NCBI GenBank assembly: GCA_043815505.1
Contig: JBDRIV010000002.1
Span: 246,943 to 310,942, forward strand
From: a bacterium
GTDB taxonomy: Bacteria; Patescibacteriota; JABMPQ01; JBDRIV01
Reading direction: 5' to 3'
Length of the DNA stretch: 64,000 bases
The notes below the pieces were generated by a model. It was not told the DNA's origin, ran no database searches, and saw only the letters and a list, made by a program, of their open reading frames with translations. The translations under genes and the position numbers were made by a program. The first letter of the stretch is position 1. Each line of letters opens with the position of its first letter. Below, piece after piece: positions 58,288 through 64,000 of this stretch.

Positions 58288-58741
58288 CATACTCTTAAAA
58301 TGTAATACATGTGAAAAGATATTTTCTTCTGGTATAGCAATGACCGTAGGATCTTCAGCCACTTTTGAAAACAACAAATCTCAATGTGCTTTTTGTGGTT
58401 CCATGGAAAGCATTCCTGATGGGACATTTAAATCAACTGTAAAAGGTATAATTAAAATATTAAATACAAGTGAGAATCGAAAAGAGCAGGCCGAAGAATT
58501 ATATACAGAGCTAAAGAGTGCTAGAACAAAAGAAGATTTGACCACTTTAAAGGGGTCGTCAAAACTATCAAAATTTAAGAACTGGATTCCTGATTCCCCA
58601 GAAAAAATAGCTGCATATCTTATAATAATTCAAGTGTTTATACAGCTATGTTCAAAATCACCAGAAGTTAATATTGAATACAATAATTTTGTGTCTGAAT
58701 ACAATATAGTTTTAGACAATGATAAGGAGTCTAGAAAGTGA
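58280..58741 (+). CDS. Zinc-ribbon protein, operonic partner of the Shedu-like gene
   Basis: CNTC...CAFCGS, then helical. It overlaps the upstream gene by 8 nt. Confidence 0.45.
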   Translation: MNDILLKCNTCEKIFSSGIAMTVGSSATFENNKSQCAFCGSMESIPDGTFKSTVKGIIKILNTSENRKEQAEELYTELKSARTKEDLTTLKGSSKLSKFKNWIPDSPEKIAAYLIIIQVFIQLCSKSPEVNIEYNNFVSEYNIVLDNDKESRK

Positions 58742-58795
58742 GTTTAATTGCAAAACAAGCCAAAAGGAGCCGCTATTCAAAATATACTGAAAAAC

Positions 58796-58823
58796 CTTGA
58801 CTACCATAAATTAAGTGGTATAC
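58796..58823 (+). promoter_or_regulatory. Sigma70 promoter (TTGACT-16-TATACT) for rpsB-tsf-pyrH
   Basis: Followed by the hairpin agcc-aataaaac-ggct plus TTTTT at 58833-58855 (attenuator-like). Confidence 0.4.
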
Positions 58824-58977
58824 TTATTTCTAGCCAATAAAACGGCTTTTTATTAATAACACACATTTTCTGATTGGTTGGTTCCTGCCAAAACTCTTGC
58901 AAAAGAGCGTGGTCACCAAGCAAAATGACGAAAATGTTAGCTGGGTTCAGAAAAATCACCCAATAAAGGATAAACAA

Positions 58978-59697
58978 ATGAATAAAGTAGAGAAAGTAGA
59001 AATGCTCAAAGCAGGTGTTCATTTTGGCCACAGAACTTCTAAGTGGAATCCCAAAATGGAGCCTTTTATTTTTACCAATCGCCAAGGTGTTCACATCATC
59101 GATTTGGATAAAACTGAAGAGTATTTAAATCGTGCCTTAGAATTTGTGGCACAAATTGCTGCCAAAGGTGGTACTGTTTTGTTTGTTGCAAGCAAAAGAC
59201 AGGCTAAAGATTTGGTAAAGAAAGCAGCCGAAGACTGCAACATGCCTTATGTAACAGAACGTTGGTTGGGTGGAACGTTCACTAATTTTCTAACCATTTC
59301 CAAACGCACCAGAAAATTACGCGATTTGGAAGCAGCCGAGCGAACGGGAGAACTCAAAAAATATACCAAAAAAGAACAGTTGGTGAAAAAGGAAGAGATT
59401 AAAAAATTGAATCATTTTATGGGTGGAATTAAAAATATGACCAGTCTTCCCGATGCAGTTTTCTTAATTGATGTTATAAAAGAAAAAGTGGCAGTTAGCG
59501 AAATTAAAAAAGCCAAAGTGCCTTTAATTGCTCTAATTGATACTAATGCTGATCCAGCGATTGCTGAATATCCCATTCCTTCTAATGACGACGCCATTAA
59601 AGTTATTGAGTTGATGGTTAATGCCGTGCGTGATGCTGTTAAAGACAATTTCAAAACACCAATTGTAAAAAATGATAATCAACCAAACAAAAAATAA
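58978..59697 (+). CDS. rpsB: 30S ribosomal protein S2
   Basis: Starts at MNKVEKVEMLKAGVHFGHRTSKWNPKM, not at the upstream in-frame Met. Confidence 0.9.
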   Translation: MNKVEKVEMLKAGVHFGHRTSKWNPKMEPFIFTNRQGVHIIDLDKTEEYLNRALEFVAQIAAKGGTVLFVASKRQAKDLVKKAAEDCNMPYVTERWLGGTFTNFLTISKRTRKLRDLEAAERTGELKKYTKKEQLVKKEEIKKLNHFMGGIKNMTSLPDAVFLIDVIKEKVAVSEIKKAKVPLIALIDTNADPAIAEYPIPSNDDAIKVIELMVNAVRDAVKDNFKTPIVKNDNQPNKK

Positions 59698-59712
59698 TTA
59701 ATTATTAAAAAA

Positions 59713-60297
59713 ATGATCAAAGCAACTGAAGTACAAGAATTAAGAGCCAAAACCGGCGCCGGTTTAATGGATTGTAAAAAAGCCTTAACGGAAGCAAAAG
59801 GGGACATGGCCAAAGCCTTAGAAGTTTTAAAAAAGAAAGATGCTAAAATTGCTGCTAAAAAATCTGATCGCGATGCCAGCGAAGGTGTTGTTGGAACTTA
59901 TCTTCATACTAATCACAAAATTGGTGTGCTGGTTGAAGTAAATTGTGAAACAGATTTTGTAGCCAGAAATGAAGAGTTTAGAACTTTCGTTCATGATTTA
60001 GCTGTGCACATTGCAGCGGCTAATCCCCAGGTCATAAAACCTGAAGACGTAACTGCTGAAATGCTAACCGAACAAAAAAAGATTTGGGAACAGGAAATGG
60101 CAAAAGATAATAAACCCAAAGAAATTATGGAAAAAGCTATGGCTGGAAAAGAAAAGAAGTATAAAGAAGAAATTGCTCTACTTACGCAATCATTTTATAA
60201 AGACCAAGAAAAAACTGTTGGTGATGTGGTAACCGAAAAAACTGGTAAAATTGGTGAAAGAATTGAAGTTGCTCGCTTTGTTCGTTACCAAATGTAA
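59713..60297 (+). CDS. tsf: Elongation factor Ts (short form)
   Basis: UBA-like N-terminus TGAGLMDCKKAL. Confidence 0.9.
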   Translation: MIKATEVQELRAKTGAGLMDCKKALTEAKGDMAKALEVLKKKDAKIAAKKSDRDASEGVVGTYLHTNHKIGVLVEVNCETDFVARNEEFRTFVHDLAVHIAAANPQVIKPEDVTAEMLTEQKKIWEQEMAKDNKPKEIMEKAMAGKEKKYKEEIALLTQSFYKDQEKTVGDVVTEKTGKIGERIEVARFVRYQM

Positions 60298-61010
60298 TGA
60301 GTAAACTTTCGTACAAGAAAATTTTACTAAAAGCTAGTGGAACTCTTCTTGTTCGCGAAGCTGGTTTTGGTATCAGCTCGGCTGCCCTAGCCGAAATTGC
60401 GGGTGAGGTCAAAAAAGCTCAGGATCACAAGCTACAAATTGCAATTGAAATTGGTGGCGGTAATCTTTATAGATTTCGTAATGCTGATAAAGGAATAAAT
60501 CGCGTAACAGCTGACCAAGCAGGAATGATGGCTTCTATTATGAATGCTATTCATTTACGCGACGCTCTTCAATCTGAAGGATTAGAAGTTCTAATTCATT
60601 CCAGTTATTACTTACCAGAATTATTACCCCGCTACGACATGAAAGAAGTTAGAGATGCTTATGATGCTGGTAAAATTGTAATTTTTGCAGCTGGTACTGG
60701 CAAACCATATTTTACAACTGATACTGGCGCTGCTTTACATGCTGTAGCTATTGGAGCGGAAGTGATTATTAAAGCCACCGATGTTGATGGTGTTTATGAT
60801 TCAGATCCGGACGAAAACGTTGGTGCTAAACGTTATGACAAATTAACTTTTGCCGAGGCTATAGAAAAAAAATTGGCAGTGATGGATAAAACAGCTTTTG
60901 AATTGTGCCAACAAAACAATCTGCCAATAATAGTATTTAACGGAACCAAAGATAATTTTTTGGATAGTTTGATAAAAAATAAAGCGGAGGGGACATTAGT
61001 AACAAATTAA
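60297..61010 (+). CDS. pyrH: UMP kinase
   Basis: KASGTLL...GGGNLYRFR. TAATG overlap with tsf. Confidence 0.9.
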   Translation: MSKLSYKKILLKASGTLLVREAGFGISSAALAEIAGEVKKAQDHKLQIAIEIGGGNLYRFRNADKGINRVTADQAGMMASIMNAIHLRDALQSEGLEVLIHSSYYLPELLPRYDMKEVRDAYDAGKIVIFAAGTGKPYFTTDTGAALHAVAIGAEVIIKATDVDGVYDSDPDENVGAKRYDKLTFAEAIEKKLAVMDKTAFELCQQNNLPIIVFNGTKDNFLDSLIKNKAEGTLVTN

Positions 61011-61011
61011 A

Positions 61012-61644
61012 ATGACATTTTCATTTTGGCCACAAATTATACTGATTCTATCTATAGTTGTACTCTTAGTGATTATTGGGAAAAAATATTCTAATCTTCA
61101 AAAAACACCAACCATAGAGGTTATTGCTCGTAAAAAGAATAAAAAGAATAGACAGAAAAAATTTGATTGGAAATCATTTTTGATTAATATCTGGAAGAAT
61201 ATATACACTTTGATTAGGGGACTCGGACGATATGTAGTTAAACTAATGGCAACTCTAATTACTTGGCTAGGAAAAATTACCGGCCGAAAATTAGTGGTAA
61301 AATCTGAACATGAAGTTGGTGACAAGATAGTGGAAACACCGCTTGTTGACGAAGTAACAGATGATGAATCGGTACCTTTAATGCAAAGCAAAGCTCAAAA
61401 ACATTTAGAAAATAGTGAATTGGATAAAGCAGAAGAATTGTATATCAAAATTGTAGCCATTGAACCAAAAAGCACTGAAGCTTATATGGGATTAGGAAAG
61501 ATTAATGCTCTGAGAAAAAATTTAGGAGATGCAAAAGCTTCATACCGACAAGTTATGAAACTTGATCCAGAAAATAAGGATGCTCAAACAGAATTGACTC
61601 GATTAAATGAAGCTGAAGATAAAATGGAGAACGGCGAAAAGTAA
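61012..61644 (+). CDS. TPR-repeat protein with an N-terminal TM anchor
   Basis: 210 aa with C-terminal TPR motifs. Confidence 0.5.
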   Translation: MTFSFWPQIILILSIVVLLVIIGKKYSNLQKTPTIEVIARKKNKKNRQKKFDWKSFLINIWKNIYTLIRGLGRYVVKLMATLITWLGKITGRKLVVKSEHEVGDKIVETPLVDEVTDDESVPLMQSKAQKHLENSELDKAEELYIKIVAIEPKSTEAYMGLGKINALRKNLGDAKASYRQVMKLDPENKDAQTELTRLNEAEDKMENGEK

Positions 61645-61648
61645 TTTG

Positions 61649-61679
61649 CATAGAGCTAATAGCTTATGGCGAATGGCAC
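61649..61679. repeat. Tandem heptamer repeats (atagagc|taatagc|ttatggc|gaatggc)
   Basis: Same family as 10633-10672. Followed by an extended -10-like TGTTATAAT at 61693-61701. Confidence 0.5.
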
Positions 61680-61731
61680 AAGGAAATGTATTTGTTATAA
61701 TATAATTAGCTATTGGTAATAAGCCAACCTA

Positions 61732-61773
61732 CCGAAGTAGCTCAGTGGCTAGAGTCCCGCTCCAGTTCACTTT
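61732..61773 (+). repeat. Partial duplicate of the tRNA-Thr(TGT) 5' end (23 nt) fused to a family-2 MITE terminus (tcccgctccagtt)
   Basis: ccgaagtagctcagtggctagag is identical to residues 2-24 of the tRNA at 61774. Confidence 0.5.
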
Positions 61774-61846
61774 GCCGAAGTAGCTCAGTGGCTAGAGCAG
61801 CTGTTTTGTAAACAGCAGGTCGTGGGTTCGAATCCCACCTTCGGCT
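61774..61846 (+). tRNA. tRNA-Thr (anticodon TGT)
   Basis: GCCGAAGTAGCTCAGTGGCTAGAGCA-GCTGT-TTTGTAA-ACAGC-AGGTC-GTGGGTTCGAATCCCAC-CTTCGGC-T. Confidence 0.8.
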
Positions 61847-61854
61847 AAAATAGC

Positions 61855-61958
61855 TTATAGAAAATGGCTAATAGTTAATAGCGAATGGAATAATGTAAAT
61901 TAGGTGAAAGATCATTACAGATACAATATGCAATTAGTTATAGGCTATAAGCCAATTA
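61855..61958. repeat. Heptamer-repeat-rich spacer between the two tRNA-Thr genes
   Basis: aaaatagc|ttataga|aaatggc|taatagt|taatagc|gaatgga... and ggctataagccaattagc. Confidence 0.35.
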
Positions 61959-62033
61959 GCCGATGTAGCTCAGGGGTAGAGCAACTCCATGGTAAGGAGT
62001 AGGTCGGCGGTTCAATTCCGCCCATCGGCTCCA
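61959..62033 (+). tRNA. tRNA-Thr (anticodon GGT), CCA encoded
   Basis: GCCGATGTAGCTCAGGGGTAGAGCA-ACTCC-ATGGTAA-GGAGT-AGGTC-GGCGGTTCAATTCCGCC-CATCGGC-T-CCA. Confidence 0.8.
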
Positions 62034-62039
62034 GGAATT

Positions 62040-62108
62040 AGCATATTGCTTATAGCATGTAGCTAATAGCAAATACTATTCGCTATAAGCTATTGGTCAT
62101 AAGCCAAT
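62040..62108. repeat. Tandem heptamer repeats (tattgct|tatagca|tgtagct|aatagca|aatacta|ttcgcta|taagcta|ttggtca|taagcca)
   Basis: Nine consecutive 7-nt units. Confidence 0.5.
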
Positions 62109-62110
62109 GT

Positions 62111-62213
62111 GGGCAGGTGGCAGAGCGGTCAAATGTATCAGACTGTAAATCTGACGTCTTACGACTACGGGGGTTCTCACCCTGCGGGTGATCAGCCTTT
62201 GGCTGAGAATCCC
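62111..62213 (+). pseudogene. Pseudo-tRNA-Tyr: exact copy of tRNA-Tyr nt 1-66, then a 30-nt hairpin insert in the T-loop, then a degenerate 3' end
   Basis: 66 nt identical to 62268-62333, then TCACCCTGCGGGTGATCAGCCTTTGGCTGA, then GAATCCC, then divergence. The insert hairpin matches the one in the tRNA-Asp fragments at 1264-1388. Confidence 0.55.
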
Positions 62214-62267
62214 AATAGTAAAATAATACTAAGTGCTAATAATATAAATTCAAAATATATCTTATGT

Positions 62268-62350
62268 GGGCAGGTGGCAGAGCGGTCAAATGTATCAGAC
62301 TGTAAATCTGACGTCTTACGACTACGGGGGTTCGAATCCCTCCCTGCCCA
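62268..62350 (+). tRNA. tRNA-Tyr (anticodon GTA), long variable arm
   Basis: GGGCAGGTGGCAGAGCGGTCAAATGTATC-AGACTGTAAATCTGA-CGTCTTACGACTACG-GGGGGTTCGAATCCCTC-CCTGCCC-A. Confidence 0.85.
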
Positions 62351-62381
62351 TAGATAAATCAATTATTAGAAAGTAAATTAA

Positions 62382-62537
62382 ATGTCACAAGACAATCTAA
62401 TCAAATTTGAATGCATGGAATGCAAAAGAGTTAACTATCATTCTCAAAAGAATAAAAAAACTATCAAAGATCGTTTACACATGAACAAGTATTGTAAATG
62501 GTGCAAAAAACATACTGAACACAAAGAAACTAAATAG
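62382..62537 (+). CDS. rpmG: 50S ribosomal protein L33 (Zn-ribbon form); not in the supplied ORF track because it is under 60 aa
   Basis: [51 protein letters not shown]. It lies between tRNA-Tyr and tRNA-Trp, a classic neighbourhood. Confidence 0.75.
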   Translation: MSQDNLIKFECMECKRVNYHSQKNKKTIKDRLHMNKYCKWCKKHTEHKETK

Positions 62538-62603
62538 CATATGGCTTAGGGCGTATGGTGTAGAGCACAATAAATCTATTTGTTCTTAGCTATATGCCAA
62601 TTA

Positions 62604-62677
62604 GGGAGCTTAGTTAAGTGGTATAATTGTGGACTCCAAATCCACAGTCGGGGGTTCGATTCCCTCAGCTCCTGCCA
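62604..62677 (+). tRNA. tRNA-Trp (anticodon CCA), CCA encoded
   Basis: GGGAGCTTAGTTAAGTGGTATAATT-GTGGA-CTCCAAA-TCCAC-AGTC-GGGGGTTCGATTCCCTC-AGCTCCT-G-CCA. Confidence 0.8.
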
Positions 62678-62847
62678 ATATAAAAAACAATGTGTACGGC
62701 ATTGTTTTTATGTTAGATTTAAATTAAATAAAAGTGTATAATAATGCTAGAAAATGTTAAATAACAAATCAATGGTTTAATCATTATAAAGAATTGGCAT
62801 TTAAAAAAGTTATCATTAACATAATAAATAATTAATAAAAAACAAAA

Positions 62848-64000
62848 ATGAACAACCTAAAAAAATATTTAGTAGGTCACTCAGTTTTTCTTGTTTTATT
62901 TTTAATTGCTGTTCTGTTAATTGCTTTTGGAATCTGGTATGTCAATATAAAACCAGACGGGAAGTCTAGTGAATATGAATCTGTAGTCCTGACCGGCGTA
63001 CTTAATCCTGATGGTCAAATTACGTTGAATGGTCAGACAAATATCACGGGACCAATTGACATTGTTGGAAAACTTCAGCCAGATGGTACATTCTTGTTGG
63101 AAAGTGCAGATAGTGATGTGACTTTTAGTGGGACGGTGAATTTGATAGGTAATACAGAATTGAAAGAATTAGGTTACATTGGCGTAACGGATGAAATCAG
63201 CTTGACTGGCCAAGTCGGGCCAGATGGTAAGATTGGCCTGACTGGCAATATTGGCATACAAGGCCCACAAGGTCTTATTGGTTTAACGGGTGAAATCGGA
63301 CCAGGGGGTGAGGTTGGTTTAGTTGGTAGTATCGGTTCACAAGGTTCACAAGGCCCAATTGGTTTAACCGGACAGATTGGACCAGGGGGTGAGGTTGGCT
63401 TGGTTGGTCCTCAGGGCATCATTGGTTTAACCGGACAGATTGGACCAGAAGGAAAAAATGGTCTAGAAGGTGCTCAGGGTAAGATTGGTTTAACCGGACA
63501 GATTGGACCAGAAGGCGAAGTTGGTCTTACAGGTGGTTTTGGACCAGAAGGTCCAATTGGCCTGACAGGAGATATTGGCTTAACTGGCCCAATTGGCCTG
63601 ACAGGAGATATTGGTATAACTGGTGATATTGGTTCTCAAGGACCCCAGGGCGAAATCGGACCCCAAGGTACAACTGGTGACATTGGTCCTCAAGGACCCC
63701 AAGGTGCAACTGGTGACATTGGTTCTCAAGGACCCCAGGGCGAAATCGGACCCCAAGGTACAACTGGTGACATTGGTCCTCAAGGACCCCAGGGCGAAAC
63801 CGGACCTCAAGGACCCTCTAGTGGATCAGTTATAGTTGTTGGAACAACAGTCACTTCTACCCCAGTTTCTCCTATTGGATATATAATGACAGCAACTGCT
63901 TCATGCGCTCCAGACAAAAATGTATTAGGAGGAGGGGCAAAGATAACCACCACAGATTCTGCGAAAGGAAAAGTTGTTTTACGATCATCATATCCAAGTT
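62848..64000 (+). CDS. Membrane-anchored collagen-like (Gly-X-Y) repeat protein, 3'-partial (runs off the window)
   Basis: The ATG at 62848 opens a frame with no stop to nt 64000. There is an N-terminal TM, then about 250 aa of G-X-Y triplets (GLTGQIGPEGEVGLTGGFGPEGPIGLTGDIG...GPQGPQGETGPQGP). It is absent from the ORF track because it has no stop. Confidence 0.6.
   Translation, partial: MNNLKKYLVGHSVFLVLFLIAVLLIAFGIWYVNIKPDGKSSEYESVVLTGVLNPDGQITLNGQTNITGPIDIVGKLQPDGTFLLESADSDVTFSGTVNLIGNTELKELGYIGVTDEISLTGQVGPDGKIGLTGNIGIQGPQGLIGLTGEIGPGGEVGLVGSIGSQGSQGPIGLTGQIGPGGEVGLVGPQGIIGLTGQIGPEGKNGLEGAQGKIGLTGQIGPEGEVGLTGGFGPEGPIGLTGDIGLTGPIGLTGDIGITGDIGSQGPQGEIGPQGTTGDIGPQGPQGATGDIGSQGPQGEIGPQGTTGDIGPQGPQGETGPQGPSSGSVIVVGTTVTSTPVSPIGYIMTATASCAPDKNVLGGGAKITTTDSAKGKVVLRSSYPS
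63631..63800 (+). repeat. About 1.9 tandem copies of a 90-bp coding repeat in the collagen-like gene
   Basis: ggttctcaaggaccccagggcgaaatcggaccccaaggtacaactggtgacattggtcctcaaggacccca recurs at 63631 and 63721. Confidence 0.6.

Noticed and set aside
63527-63835. ORFs 63527..63763(-), 63580..63810(-), 63623..63835(+)
   Set aside because: They are alternative frames of the G-X-Y repeat region. The real frame is the long +1 ORF from 62848.

Overview
This 64 kb window is AT-rich (roughly one third GC) and gene-dense, and looks like a reduced bacterial genome of the Candidate Phyla Radiation / Patescibacteria kind. The evidence is the housekeeping gene content, the frequent absence of Shine-Dalgarno sequences, the short SbcC, and the archaeal-type ATPase.

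Coding content I can support:
- Glycosyltransferases: two PMT/ArnT-like GT-C genes and one PIG-V-like GT-C gene.
- Recombination/repair: a tight sbcD-sbcC-helicase/nuclease operon in which the SbcC-like protein carries a transmembrane hairpin where the zinc hook would be.
- Translation: pheS-pheT, thrS, gatB, prfA-prmC, and ribosomal genes rplK, rplA, rplY, rpmE, rpmG, rpsB, tsf.
- Other conserved blocks: gyrB, the secE-nusG-(CarS-like)-rplK-rplA cluster, dut-tmk-gatB, miaA and miaB, dnaE, ftsW/rodA, pyrH.
- A complete nine-gene V/A-type ATPase operon (H-I-K-E-C-F-A-B-D) whose K subunit carries the NtpK Na+-binding signature.
- A Shedu-like DUF4263 nuclease with a Zn-ribbon partner.
- Paralogous membrane proteins with thrombospondin-type-3-like Ca-binding repeats, and a collagen-like repeat protein that runs off the window end.

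RNA genes: tRNA-Asp, tRNA-Met, tRNA-fMet, tRNA-Ala, two tRNA-Thr, tRNA-Tyr, and tRNA-Trp.

The unusual signal is a set of small repeat systems that the gene list does not explain:
1. An 8-copy family of about 70-120 bp inverted-repeat elements (terminal repeat CCCGGTAGTACAA[CTTAA]) whose arm directly abuts the start codon of pheT, gyrB, secE, miaB, the V-ATPase C subunit gene, and a GT-C gene. Copies are often flanked by a direct ATG/CAT trinucleotide.
2. Partial tRNA-Asp and tRNA-Tyr duplications that carry a conserved ~30-nt hairpin insert at the same T-loop position.
3. A second MITE-like family with termini CCCGCTCCAGTTTT / AAACTGGGGCGGG.
4. Tandem heptamer repeats (about TWATRGC) upstream of tRNA genes and dnaE.
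5. Consensus sigma70 promoters followed by terminator-like hairpins in leaders.

All calls are from reading the sequence. No database searches were run.
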